Part shown: one piece after another, positions 1-11,460 of the stretch
Numbering within the stretch: position 1 is the first letter of the stretch
How the letters are laid out: every line of letters begins with the position of its first letter
Assembly (NCBI RefSeq): GCF_006345805.1
Contig: NW_021832661.1
Location: 1-30,719, forward strand
DNA length: 30,719 bases
Direction of reading: 5' to 3'
Source: Octopus sinensis
Taxonomy: Eukaryota
The notes under the pieces: generated by a model
What the model saw: the letters and a program-made list of their open reading frames with translations, nothing else
Database searches by the model: none
What the model was told of the DNA's origin: nothing
Made by a program: the position numbers and the translations under genes

Positions 1-37
1 TGTGTACCATAATATATATATAATTATATATATATAT

Positions 38-69
<32 letters not shown>

Positions 70-77
70 GTATGTAT

Positions 78-492
78 AGGCGTAGGAGTGGCTGTGTGGT
101 AAGTAGCTTGCTAACCAGCCACACGGTTCCGGGTTCAGTCCCACTGTGCGGCATCTTGGGCAAGTGTCTTCTACTATAGCCTCGGGCCAACCAAAGCCTT
201 GTGAGTGGATTGGTAGACGGAAACTGAAAGAAGCCTGTCGTATATCTGTATATATATATATGTATGTATGTGTGTGTGTATGTTTGTGTCTGTCCCTCTA
301 CCATTGCTTGACAACCGATGCTGGTGTGTTTACGTCCCCGTCACTTAGCGGTTCGGCAAAAGAGACCGATAGAATAAGTACTGAGCTTACAAAGAATAAG
401 TCCCGGGGTCGATTTGCTCGACTAAAAGGCGGTGCTCCAGCATGGCCGCAGTCAAATGACTGAAACAAGTAAAAGAGTAAAAGAGTAAAGAG
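78..492 (+). mobile_element. SINE family A, full length (tRNA-like head, CORE-like segment, central TA/TG microsatellite, CR1-type tail)
   Basis: Pol III A/B-box-like TGGCTGTGTGG and GGTTCAGTCCC; ATCTTGGGCAAGT resembles the start of the CORE domain; ends in (GTAAAAGA)n; near-identical copies at 2701, 9011 and 15001. Confidence 0.9.
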
Positions 493-503
493 TATATATA
501 TAT

Positions 504-543
<40 letters not shown>

Positions 544-580
544 TAACAGTAAGATTATGACAACAAAAGAATGAATGAGC

Positions 581-823
581 CTGACACAGAGAGTGACAAG
601 TCCGGCCCCTTGAAATACAGGTACAACAGAAACAGGAAGTAAGAGTGAGAGAAAGTTGTGGTGAAAGAGTACAGCAGGGATCACCACCATCCCCTGCCGG
701 AGCCTCGTGGAGCTTTTAGGTGTTTTCGTTCAATAAACACTCACAACGCCCGGTCTGGGAATCGAAACCGCGATCCTATGACCGCGAGTCCGCTGCCCAA
801 ACCACTGTGCCATTGCGCCTCCA
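581..823 (-). mobile_element. SINE family B, tail variant B1, 3'-truncated
   Basis: Reverse complement matches 10808-11050 (tRNA-like head TGGAGGCGCAATGGC...GTTTCGATTCC). Confidence 0.9.
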
Positions 824-930
824 CGATTTCAAATTACAAGTGGTCTGAAACCGTTTGTGTTTAACGTTTTACTTTTGAGCTCACTCAGTAAAAGCCTTGT
901 TCAGTCTCATGGCAGAATCCACCAAAGATT

Positions 931-1235
931 AAGAGAGCGAGCTGGCAGAAACGTTAGGTTCTGAGTTCAAATTCCGCCGACGTCGACTTTGCCTTTCATC
1001 CTTTCGGGGGGAGGGGTCAATAAATTAAGTATCAGTTACGTACTGGGGTCGACATAATCGACTTAATCCGTTTGCCTGTCATTGTCTGTCCTCTCTGCGT
1101 TTAGCCACTTTTGGGTAGTAAAGAAATAGGTATTTCGCATGTCTAGATATTCTGAGTTCGAATTCCGTCGAGATCGACTTTGCCCTTTATCGTGTCGGGG
1201 TCGATAAATTTACAACCAGTTTCGTACTGGAGTCG
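931..1235 (+). mobile_element. SINE family C, internally deleted head plus partial second tandem unit
   Basis: GAGCTGGCAGAAACGTTAG head; B-box GAGTTCAAATTCC; tail ...GGGTAGTAAAGAAATAGGTAT runs into a second body at 1129-1133. Confidence 0.85.
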
Positions 1236-1336
1236 TGAGATACATAAGGATATTGTATCTGCAGTTCCATTATTTAAGCGGAATGTTGTATACATAAATT
1301 TCCTGTACCCATACAAGGTACAAGAAACTTATATAT

Positions 1337-1790
1337 ACATCATCATCATCATTGTTCGACCGTGGTCAAGACAATGGAATTTACCATGCTACGCCAGACT
1401 TCACGGTCCATCATGGCATTACGGAGGTTCTGTTGCTGGATGCCTGTATCCCTGGAGATTACATCAGGGTAGGAGAGTGTGCGCCCTCTGGTATTGCGAG
1501 TAGATGGCTTCCAGAGGAGAAGAGTAGAAATTACTTCTTTTTCAGCTCTACAGCAATGTCCAGCAAACTGGACTCTCCTACCTTTCACGAGAGATGACAC
1601 AGGTGGTAGTTTCCCATATATTTGCATTTTGGTTGGATGGCGCTTCCACGAGAGATTTTGAGCTCTCATAAGGAGGCGAGTGTAGGTTCCATCCAACCGC
1701 CTCTCAGGCTTCTTTGATAACGTCCAGGTTTCTGAGCCATATAGTAGAATTGGTTCAACTGAAGTAGAGACTTCAAACTTGAAATCTTAT
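1337..1790 (-). mobile_element. RTE-clade LINE 3' fragment (ORF C-terminus plus (TGA)n tail)
   Basis: Reads VEPILLYGSETWTLSKK...RLDGTYTRLLMRAQNLSWK...RRVQFAGHC...DREVWR, typical of RTE post-RT domains; stop is followed by TGA repeats. Confidence 0.85.
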
Positions 1791-1951
1791 ATATACACCA
1801 TTCTGCTTAAACAATGGAACTGCAGATACATTATGCTTATTTATCTCACGTCTGTTTTCATTCCTCCACTTCACTCTGTATTTCATATCTTCTCTATAAT
1901 AACTATTACTTAAACATTTTCTCACATCCTGGATATTTTATCTCATTCTGT

Positions 1952-1979
<28 letters not shown>

Positions 1980-1983
<4 letters not shown>

Positions 1984-2283
1984 CGTGATCACCGTGACCG
2001 ACCAGACCATCAGATGTTGTTACACATCGCTGGTCACAATGCGTTCGCATTGTTTTAGCCTTCGGATGACGCCACCCCGCTGGCTAAGCGAACAGGCCAA
2101 CAGAAGAAAGAGTGGGAGAAAGAGTGGTGAAAGAGTACAGCAGGGATCACCACCCCTTGCCGGAGCCTCGTGGAGCTTTTAGGTGTTTTTGCTCAGTAAA
2201 CACTCACAACGCCCGGTCTGGGAATCGAAACCGCGATCCTACGACCGCGTGTCCGCTGCCCTAACCACTGGGCCATTGCGCCT

Positions 2284-2286
<3 letters not shown>
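1980..2286 (-). mobile_element. SINE family B, tail variant B2, full length
   Basis: Family B head and body; distinct tail ending in (CACGGTGAT)2; tail start is shared with 8466-8670. Confidence 0.85.
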
Positions 2287-2350
<64 letters not shown>

Positions 2351-2354
2351 TGTA

Positions 2355-2570
2355 CGAGGGGATGCTGGAAATGTCCTAGTTTTAAGGGTGTCGCGAAAGG
2401 CCCGGTTGGAGGCCCAATATTCCGATTTCTTTTACAGGGCTTAGAAAAAATTGAAGAAATGCTCCAATAAGTGTGAATCTGAGAGGGGAATATGCTGGAT
2501 TATATCATAATTAGCTAACCCTCCTGTATTTTCTTTTACCTAAAGCCAAGAACTTTTCATTACCCCCTCG
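2355..2570 (+). mobile_element. Mariner-type MITE
   Basis: Imperfect TIRs CGAGGGG.TGCTG.AA..GTCCT.G.TTTAAGG / CCTAAAGCCAAGAACTTTTCATTACCCCCTCG; TA on both sides; remnant of transposase C-terminus (GLEK...); second copy at 16924. Confidence 0.8.
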
Positions 2571-2572
2571 TA

Positions 2573-2637
2573 TATACATACATACATACATACATACATA
2601 CATACATACATACATACATACATACATACATACATAC
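2573..2637. repeat. (TACA)n microsatellite
   Basis: Direct reading. Confidence 0.95.
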
Positions 2638-2700
2638 GCATGCACACATGCACGCACTCACACAAGCAAACAGAAATACACTCACTCACACACAAAATTA

Positions 2701-2895
2701 TACTCTTTTACTTGTTTCAGTCATTTGATTGTGGCCATGCTGGAGCACCGCCTTTTGTCGAGCAAATCTACCCGAGGACTTATTCTTTGTAAGACTAGTA
2801 CTTATTCTATCGGTCTCTTTTGCCGAACCGCTAATTGACGGGAACGTAAACACAGCATCGGTTGTCAAGCGATGGTGGGGGTAAACACAGACACA

Positions 2896-2943
<48 letters not shown>

Positions 2944-3121
2944 TATATACATATATGCGACTGGCTTCTTTCAGTTTCCGTCTACCAAATCCACTCACAA
3001 GGCATTGGTCGGTCCGAGGCTATAGTAGAAGACACTTGCCGAAGGTGCCACGCAGTGGGACTGAACCCGGAACCATGTGGTTGGTAAGCAAGCTACTTAC
3101 CACACAGCCACTCCTACGCCT
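2701..3121 (-). mobile_element. SINE family A, full length
   Basis: Reverse complement of the 78-492 structure with a central (CA)n. Confidence 0.9.
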
Positions 3122-3149
3122 ATATATATATATATATCTTTGCACATAG

Positions 3150-3290
3150 TTTCTGTTCACAAAATTCACTCACAAGACACTGATCGGCCCAAAGCTATAG
3201 AAGAAGACTTAATCCAAGATATTACGAAGTTGGACTGATATTACGTAGCTGAAAAACGATGTTCTTAACCACAGTGTCACACCCCGCCTT
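3150..3290 (-). mobile_element. SINE family A 5' half, degenerate
   Basis: AAATTCACTCACAAG...GCTATAG.AGAAGAC.T match the family A 5' half. Confidence 0.65.
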
Positions 3291-4179
3291 TTCTTCGTTT
3301 ACTGTTCTTCCATCATATAATCTCTTCCATCCTGTTTCGTTGACTGAAGACAACTGTGAAAGGATTGTTGAAGACCGCTTGTACGATGAATTTGTCTATT
3401 AGTCGGATCTGTCATAAATGCGTCATCATCTGTTTAATATACATCCTCAAGTCAGTAGACACCAAACGGATTTGTAGATACCAAACGTTGACTACGTAAA
3501 TGACACAATATTCTTTACGCAAGTCCACATTGGCAGATTCGTAAAATCGAGTCAGATCCTGTAACACTCTGGAAATGAGTGAGTAAGTTTAGAGATGTTT
3601 GAAACACCCTTCGCTCCAATAGGATATTCAAACACACAATCGCATTCCACACCGAATGACATTTTTGGTAACGACCCATCCGTTGATAAATTGACTCGAG
3701 AGACCTGAATTGGAGAATAAATAAACTCTACTATAAACACACCTCCTTTCTGCAAGTAACGTCCAGAGTCACAGTTTTCGTTTGGGGACGAAAAATATGA
3801 CGTTATATTTCTCTCAAACCTTTTTCCTACCCATTCAATCCTTTTTCTACCATCCCAAATAATCAAGCATCTCTTTGACTAAACTTTTCTTCTCTTTAAC
3901 ACTTTCGACTTTTCTTCTATCAACTCATGCGTCATTGCTAGGGTGGCCTTGCTTTTATTTCTATGAACAAGTACTTTAACACCTTTCAGCAAATGCCATT
4001 TCTACTACAGACTGACTTGATACTGGTCTTAAAAACAAACAAGGCTTTTGCAACGCCCTCGCTGTAGCTGTTAATTTTGCTATTGATGATAGTGGTGGTA
4101 GCGGTCAGGTGGCAGCGGTGTTGGTTATGTTGACGATAATCACAGAGAGGAGGTAGTAGTGGAGAACGAAGTACTGGTG

Positions 4180-4180
<1 letters not shown>

Positions 4181-4210
<30 letters not shown>

Positions 4211-4669
4211 CTACTAATCAGGACTCACGCCATTAATCTCTAATCCGAGCCTACTCTAAGCTACTAAGAATGCGTGTAGCATTCTTGAAGATCCACCCAC
4301 CAAATGCGATAGACAGGCGGTTGCTCGGGCGCGAAAGCTATGTTGTTATCCTCATTCCGTAAACGGTGGCCTTTAACGGGTTGAGAGATAAACCATCCTG
4401 GGGTACAGAGGATTCGCAATCTAGACTAGGGTCTGAAAGGTTACCACACTATAGTGGGTTACACCATGGTTCCTCTGCTTTGTGGCAGAAGTAAGAAGAA
4501 AGAATGAGAGAAAGTTGTGGCGAAAGAGTACAGCGGGGTTCACCACCATCTTCCGCCGGAACCTCGTGGAGCTTAGGTGCTTTTGCTCAATAAACACTCA
4601 CAATGCCCAGTCTGGGAATTGAAACCGCGTTCTTACGACCGCGAGTCCGCTGCCCTAACCATAATTGCG
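4181..4669 (-). mobile_element. SINE family B, putative tail variant B3 ending in (GAA)n
   Basis: Family B head and body at about 4490-4669, then about 270 nt of unrelated sequence and a (CTT)n tract; tail assignment rests on one copy. Confidence 0.6.
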
Positions 4670-4721
4670 TTATGTCTGTATTGACGCTATTATTGTGTCA
4701 CTGTTGTAGTTGTTGCTGCTG

Positions 4722-5091
4722 CTTGTTTGTTTGTTTGTTGAGCGAAACGGTCTTCGTGGGAGAAGTTCGAAACGTGATCCTTTGCTATTCGTAAGATCCG
4801 CAGAAGAGAGAAAGCAGGTCAACCCCCGACACCGAGAGCATCGACGGATGGATGAATGCGCATCCAGGCTCAGCGGTTGCGTAGGAAGTCGGAGACAAGA
4901 AACAGGAAGAAAGAGTGAGAGAAAGTTAGAGCAAAAGAGTACAACAGGGGTCGCCACCACCCCCTGCCGGAGCCTCGTGGAGCTTTAGGTGTTTTCGCAC
5001 AATAAACACACACAACACCCGGCCTGGGAATCGAAACCGCGATCCTACGACCGCGAGTCCGCTGCCCTAACCACTGGGCCATTGCGCCTCC
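4722..5091 (-). mobile_element. SINE family B, tail variant B4 ending in (ACAA)n, with TSD
   Basis: Family B head; 11-bp direct repeat TGTTGCTGCTG at 4711-4721 and 5092-5102. Confidence 0.85.
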
Positions 5092-5542
5092 TGTTGCTGC
5101 TGTTATTTTAGGGCTGCTACTGGCAACGCTGGTGTTTACATTACAACTGTTTACGTCTTCCTCCTTTGAACTTTGAACTAGTGGGAAAAAATCGTCCTTC
5201 ATGAGTATAAAAGGGTGAATCTATTATATTCCCAGCGCTCTCTGTAATTCTGCTCTCGTCATACACTCGTCTTTGACACACGACGCCATTTTCTGAAATT
5301 GTGATTTCAATATATATATGTAAATAAAATATTCTTTTAATATAATTTTGACATATATGGGACGGGAAAATTTATTGACTAGTCCTCCTTTTTTTCACAT
5401 ATTTGCACAATAAAATTCAAAACAAAAATGTATAACAAAACTATGATCAGGCAAAGTAATAATAATATATTCACACTCAGAACAAACCAGAACACCTGTC
5501 GTTCTGACACGAACAACAACAACAACAACTACAATAACAAAC

Positions 5543-5790
5543 TTTTCTTTATTGGCAACAAGGGCCGAACACAAAACGAAAGAAATGGAACATAAAAAAT
5601 AAGGGAGAAGTGATACTTAGTACAAAAATATTTGTAAGCAAGAAAACAAAAAAAAAAAACAATGATAATTAACAACAAAATTTAAACAATAAATTCCCCC
5701 AAAGATGGGGAGTTTCATGCAGGGCCGAGCAATGAACCCCACACATCCTGCTCGCCTGACCGCCAAGGGCATCTCAGACAGGCACCTAGA
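5543..5790 (-). mobile_element. Orphan non-LTR 3' UTR/tail-like fragment
   Basis: Minus strand ends TGTGTTCGGCCCTTGTTGCCAATAAAGAAA, resembling SINE C tail 1; no ORF seen. Confidence 0.4.
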
Positions 5791-5793
5791 AAT

Positions 5794-5794
5794 A

Positions 5795-5826
<32 letters not shown>

Positions 5827-5842
5827 AATGGTAAAAATAATA

Positions 5843-5892
<50 letters not shown>

Positions 5893-5940
5893 TATTATTA
5901 TTATTATTATTATTATATTATTATTATTATTATTATTATT
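5794..5940. repeat. Compound (ATG)n/(ATA)n/(ATT)n microsatellite
   Basis: Direct reading. Confidence 0.95.
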
Positions 5941-6145
5941 TCATTTGTTAGCCACTAGGGCTGACATATAGGGGACGATACAGTAGACATGTACAGTGGG
6001 GATTTTACACAGAAGCAACGAATACACAATTAAAACAATAAGAATGATATCCAACAAAAGAACATAACAATGAAAGTTCCTCAATGGCGAGGAGGTAACC
6101 ACCTAGAGTTGGATCAGGTAACCCACCAATCCTGAATTACTCGAC
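5938..6145 (-). mobile_element. Orphan non-LTR 3' UTR/tail-like fragment ending in (AAT)n
   Basis: Minus strand ends GTCCCCTATATGTCAGCCCTAGTGGCTAACAAATGAAAT(AAT)n, resembling SINE C tail 1. Confidence 0.45.
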
Positions 6146-6149
6146 GCTT

Positions 6150-8230
6150 AGAAGGCATCTTGGGATTGGTTACTGCATTACTAGTATTCTTTGACGAAGT
6201 GGATAAGCAAATCCCTCTCGCCTCATATCTATAGGGAAGCTTGATCTTGTCTCATCGATGACAGTTTCTTCTTCCTATTCCATGGAGCTTTCAAATTGAT
6301 ATACTCTGGAATTTTTGAGATCCAGCAGGGTTTTACGAGAAATGCTTTGAGGCCGACTTAACAGAGCACTAAAATTCTCCTAATCATCACTTCATCATGT
6401 TAGAGTAGAGATGCGAACTGACCTTACTTCTCACATAGGATCGTGTCCATCTCACATACCGAGCCATAAGATTTTCATATGTGTATCAACAAGAGCCAAA
6501 ATTTTTGATCTCTTGTCTCATCGTCGCTTTTTTTGCAGGCGCCACAGTCCATTTTATATCAAAGCATTTACGTCTTTGAATCAGCTGGTAGAATTCTGTG
6601 TACCTCATTCATTCAGAATAGCTTGATAGAACTTCTGTGCTTCAGAAAACAGTTGTTCTATTTTGACATCATTTTCAGAACACTAGCCAGCAGGTCTGTA
6701 TTTTGAGAAGCATTTTTGATGCAGCTGCTACTTTGTAGAGTGTATTGCACAACTGTGACCAGCAAGAACCGACAGCTGCTCTGCCAGTTCCTACGATGTC
6801 TGGTCGCACTTTTGATTGAATTATCAATGTACGATGCAATTGTATGTAACACTTCATGCTCTAAGTTGCAAACTTTCAGTTGCTTTTGTGTAGTTCTTCT
6901 GGACTTTCTTATTCTTCTGTTTTACAAATAAATTGCATGCAGTGCATATCAATATGCAGTCACTGTGCATATGTTTGCAATATTGTCCTAACAGTTAGGC
7001 GTGTAGTCCTTCGGATGAGGTCTTTTCGAACGCGGATGGCACCGGCTGTAAAAGCACTTTGCAAAAGGCTGAAAACAATGTTTATTACAACCAGATCATA
7101 TTTTGTGCATAGATCAAGTAGGATATTTTTTTTCTATTTCAGTGGTAATAATCATTTCCAGAATGGCCTAGAGCTCTGCCCCATAACTGCTAACTCTCCT
7201 CTATTCTTGGAGCTTGTCATTTGTCTTCACGGTATCTAGATGTCTACGGGATGTATATAGATGTCAAGGCGGCGGGCTGGCAGAAACGTTAGCACGCCCG
7301 GCGAAATGCGTAGCCGTATTTCGTCTGCCGCTACATTCTGAGTTCAAATTCCGCCGAGGTCAACTTTACCTTTCATCCTTTTGGGGTCGATTAAATAAGT
7401 ACCAGTTACGCACTGGAGTCGTTATAATCGACTTAATCCGTTTGTCTGTCCTTGTTTGTCCTCTCTGTGTTTAGCCCCTTGTGGGTAGTAAAGAAATAGG
7501 TATCTAGATGTCTACGTCTTCATCATAGAACGCTTCATTCCGCTCGTTTATTATCGCAGTTCATAGAGATTAAATCCAGTTATTTACCGACTTCCAATTA
7601 GGGAAAATATCAAGGGGGAACGACATCAAGTTACTGACAAGAGTGTTTAAGAAAGCTGGATAGGTAGGTCAACTCTAGCTTCACTCCGTGTAGAGATCTC
7701 ATACCCTGAAGCCGTAGTGTTGCTTGATTAACTCTGTTGTGTCAGTCATGCCTTTGAGAGAGCAGCAGTATCTATAGAAAAGGCAAACCAAATCCTTAGT
7801 AAATATTGTATTATTCCGTTCGGCTCTTCCCAAAGTGGTTTCATCTAACACCACTCTGACGTTCTAGAAGCCAAAAATCAGTTTGGTTTGTTTACTCTGA
7901 TTACTTGTGTTTTTTCTCCGAATACAGAAATAAAGAACACACTGGACTTGGTACCCTGTTTAGGTTAAGTTAAGCGAGCAGTTTTTATCCATTCTTTTAT
8001 TGGCTCGTCCTCAGATCGCTTAAATGAGCATCGCACTTTAATGAACATCGTCAATATGAAGGCTTCATCATAGCTGGCAGCTTTCAGCTTCTCGACTAAA
8101 CCTCGTCCTTTAACTATTGCTATTGGGTTTTTCTCCTCGCGCGCACCTTTCTTTCATAATGCTCACAGTGCTGATGTATCACACGCAGATATAATCCTCC
8201 TCTTAGCCTAGTGTGACGTCAAAGATATCA
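6150..8230 (-). mobile_element. Ancient RTE-clade LINE 5' half (5' UTR, AP endonuclease, linker), multiply frameshifted
   Basis: Motif remnants in the expected order: KLIFGF*NVRVVLD..RAER (TWNVRTL), IDTAALS, NEAFYDE, LLDLCTKYDLVVINIVF, HPRSKRPHPKDY (HPRSKHWHLIDY), SENDVKIEQL (DENDAEI), ENFSALLSRPQSI; interrupted by SINE C. Confidence 0.75.
7266..7503 (+). mobile_element. SINE family C monomer with TSD
   Basis: Full head AAGGCGGCGGGCTGGCAGAAACG; 18-bp repeat GGTATCTAGATGTCTACG at 7231-7248 and 7499-7516. Confidence 0.9.
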
Positions 8231-8465
8231 TAATTGGAACAGGAAAAGACCACGTTTATTTATCTCTCAGAATGAAAAACTATTTGCAAGGCGATCTTCA
8301 AATAAACCTCATATACATGTGTGCCTCTATGTGTATATATGTATATACATACAATCATTCCTACATACATATATAACTGTAGAGTGTATATGCAGTAAAG
8401 CGTAATTAATAGTAAAATGTTATGTAAGTTTCGTAAGCTTGATTAACACAACTACATTACATATG

Positions 8466-8670
8466 TGGAGGCGCAATGGCCCAGTGGTTAGGGCAGCGGA
8501 CTCTTGGTCGTAGGATCGCGGTTTCGATTCCCAGACCGGGTGTTGTGAGAGTTTATTGAGCAAAAACACCTAAAGCTCCACGAGGCCCCGGCATGGGGTG
8601 GTGGCGATCTATGCTGTACTCTTTCTCCACAACTTTCTGTCACTCTTTCTTCTGTTGGCCTGCTCGCTTA
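8466..8670 (+). mobile_element. SINE family B, tail variant B2, 3'-truncated
   Basis: Family B head, then CTTCTGTTGGCCTGCTCGCTTA as in 1980-2286. Confidence 0.85.
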
Positions 8671-8674
8671 TGTT

Positions 8675-8712
<38 letters not shown>

Positions 8713-9010
8713 TGTATTCTGAAATTCTGGAACTGTCAGCTCAAATCATATCTGTGGTACCGTTTTGGACAATCAAATACCATTTCTACTCTCTATCCAC
8801 TGTCGCTTGCATAATGTTTTTAGTTGGTTAAATTTTTTTTGCTCCTAACACATTTCATTCCATCTTTCTGTCTCCTTCGTCAGTATCCTTCCCATTCCTG
8901 CTTTCATTCACGCGAATACATAATGTATACAATACAATATAATATATTACCATTTTATATATTATAAATACATGTGTGTATAAAAAAAAAAAAAATATAT
9001 ATATATATAT

Positions 9011-9422
9011 AGGCATAGGAGTGGCTGTGTGGTAAGTAGCTTGCTAACCAACCGCATGGTTCCGGGTTCAGTCCCACTGTGTGGCATCTTGGGCAAGTGT
9101 CTTCTACTATAGCCTCGGGCCGACCAAAGCCTTGTGAGTAGTTGTGGTAGACGGAAACTAAAAGAAGCCTGTCGTATATATGTAAATATATATGTGTATG
9201 TGTGTGTGGTGGGGTTTGTTTGTCCCCCGAGCATTGCTTGACAACCGATGCTGGTGTGTTTACGTCCCCGTCACTTAGCGGTTCGGCAAAAGAGACCGAT
9301 AGAATAAGTACTGGGCTTACAAAGAATAAGTCCCGGGGTCGATTTGCTCGACTAAAGGCGGTGCTCCAGCATGGCCGCAGTCAAATGACTGAAACAAGTA
9401 AAAGAGTAAAAGAGTAAAAGAG
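9011..9422 (+). mobile_element. SINE family A, full length
   Basis: Near-identical to 78-492; TA repeats on both sides. Confidence 0.9.
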
Positions 9423-9935
9423 TATATATATATATATATATATAAATATGTCGAAAGCGTTTGAATTACTGCCTATATGATTGCACTATAAAACATCCCA
9501 TACGCCCCAATTTCCAGTACAGTTGACGTATTAATAAGAATTCTTCAGCATTTTTCTGAAGCTTAATGTAGCAAAGATTTTGAATTAGTTTTGTTAATGG
9601 TTTTTTAAAATCGTTTATCCATGTTCTACCCCATAAGTATTTACCGCTTACAGAAGAACTTTGACAATCAATATCTTTTCTTTTGAGATATTCCATCCAG
9701 TTCCCCCTCTAAGGAATTATCTTTCGCTATTTTTGCCTTTGCATTAACCGTTCATCTCTTCATGCCTCTTTTAAAACAACTTGTATTTGTAGAGCTCGTA
9801 ACTCGAAGAAGGTTGAAAGAATGAAGTATTTCAATAGCTTTGGTTCCTGTAGATAAAATTGTCTGCTTGTTTATTGACAAACGATTTTGTTTTCCGACAT
9901 TGTGATAAAGACTGGCTTATTCTCATATATACCTG

Positions 9936-9936
<1 letters not shown>

Positions 9937-9998
<62 letters not shown>

Positions 9999-10109
9999 AT
10001 ATGCTATTTATTAGATAAGAACAAGTTATTAAGTGCTGCTTTACAAGGTAAGGGATATTGATGAACGCAACAAAATAAAGCAGAAATAACTATTAGAAGT
10101 ATTATTATC

Positions 10110-10156
<47 letters not shown>

Positions 10157-10160
10157 TAAT
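9937..10160. repeat. (ATT)n and (AAT)n microsatellites
   Basis: Direct reading: about 9937-9997 and about 10110-10160. Confidence 0.9.
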
Positions 10161-10659
10161 AAGAAGAAGAATTAGAAGAAGAATAACAATAACATCAATA
10201 GGAATATTTGAATAGATGTGATAATGTTAATTAGTGCAACAAACTGCGGTATGTAATGAGTGGGTGTGGGTGAGGCAAAGCAGCCAATAATTGTTGTTAT
10301 TTGAGAAGCATGGGTCATTTAGTGTAGGGTGTAGGACTTAGGCATAGAGAAATCTGAAGGTATATATTATAGGTTTATGTAACTAAGTTGAAAAGAAAAA
10401 ATTAATGAATGTAATAAGTCTAGTTACGTAGAGATAATGAATCTCCCAGCTGAGGTAAATATACTTAATAAGTGTAATTATATAAGACGAGTAGTTTTAG
10501 TAATCAGAGTAACACGTGGTAAATATGATTGTACAATCTATGATCTTGAAACAAGGTGAAGTATATTGAGAGCAAACTGCTCACAATACCAAATATGTAA
10601 TTACATAAACAGATTTACGAAGGGTTAATATATATGGTAAAATAAGAATACAGGACTAA

Positions 10660-11460
10660 ATGGTTTAGTGCAGGTATTGCTGTGTACCTAATGATTTCAC
10701 GGTCATTGGTAGATTCCACTGCGCGCCGTCTTCATTAAGCTTTCTCCTGCTACAGCACAGGAAAAATTAGGTAGACCGAAGGTGTTTGTATTCCTAATGT
10801 TGGAGACTGGAGGTGCAATGGCCCAGTGGTTAGGGCAGCGGACTCGCGGTCATAGGATCGCGGTTTCGATTCCCAGACCGGGCGTTGTGAGTGTTTATTG
10901 AGCGAAAACACCTAAAAGCTCCACGAGGCTCCGGCAGGGGATGGTGGTGATCCCTGCTGTACTCTTTCACCACAACTTTCTCTCACTCTTACTTCCTGTT
11001 TCTGTTGTACCTGTATTTCAAGGGGCCGGCCTTGTCACTCTCTGTGTCACGCTGAATATCCCCGAGAACTACGTTAAGGGTGCACGTGTCTGTGGAATGC
11101 TCAGCCACTTACACGTTAATTTCACGAGCAGGCTGTTCCGTTGATTCGGATCAACCGGAACCCTCATCGTCGTAACCGACGGAGTGCTTCCATCCATCAA
11201 TATTGGAGACTACACTGGATCGTTACATGTTCGGTTTAATACGGTCATAATGCAGTTGGAGTGTCTTCAGCAGTGTAGAGCTGTGTTGATTAGTGTGTGT
11301 GGGCGTAGATTAGGCACGTAGATTAGTAGTTAGGATCTTGGATTCATAATCATTAGATAGCGGTTTCCATTCCGGGACCTGTCGACGTGTTGTGCTCTTG
11401 AGGAAAATATTTGACTTAATGTTTCTCTAGTTATCTCAGCTGGGAAAAGTGAGTCATCCT
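10660..11460 (-). mobile_element. Possible degenerate CR1/L2-group LINE C-terminal fragment, split by a SINE B
   Basis: Minus strand reads NIRNTNTFGLPNFSCAVAGESL...AQWNLP.TVKS, resembling the CR1/L2 C-terminal N.RN...LP...WN.LP motif; heavily decayed. Confidence 0.35.
10808..11198 (+). mobile_element. SINE family B, tail variant B1, full length with TSD
   Basis: 13-bp TSD AAT(G/A)TTGGAGACT at 10796-10808 and 11199-11211; ends TTCCATCCATC. Confidence 0.9.

Noticed and set aside
3480-3900. Plus-strand frame rich in TGA, suggesting a NUMT in mitochondrial code
   Set aside because: TAA stops are also present and there is no resemblance to mitochondrial proteins
5092-5180. Transmembrane-like peptide VAAVILGLLLATLVFTL
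   Set aside because: Derives from decayed GCT/GTT repeats at a SINE target site; no convincing exon boundaries
9466-9696. 76-aa minus-strand ORF
   Set aside because: No recognisable motif or splice context
10808-10885. tRNA-like heads of SINE A, B and C as tRNA genes
   Set aside because: They have A/B boxes but no closing acceptor stem, and they run on into SINE bodies
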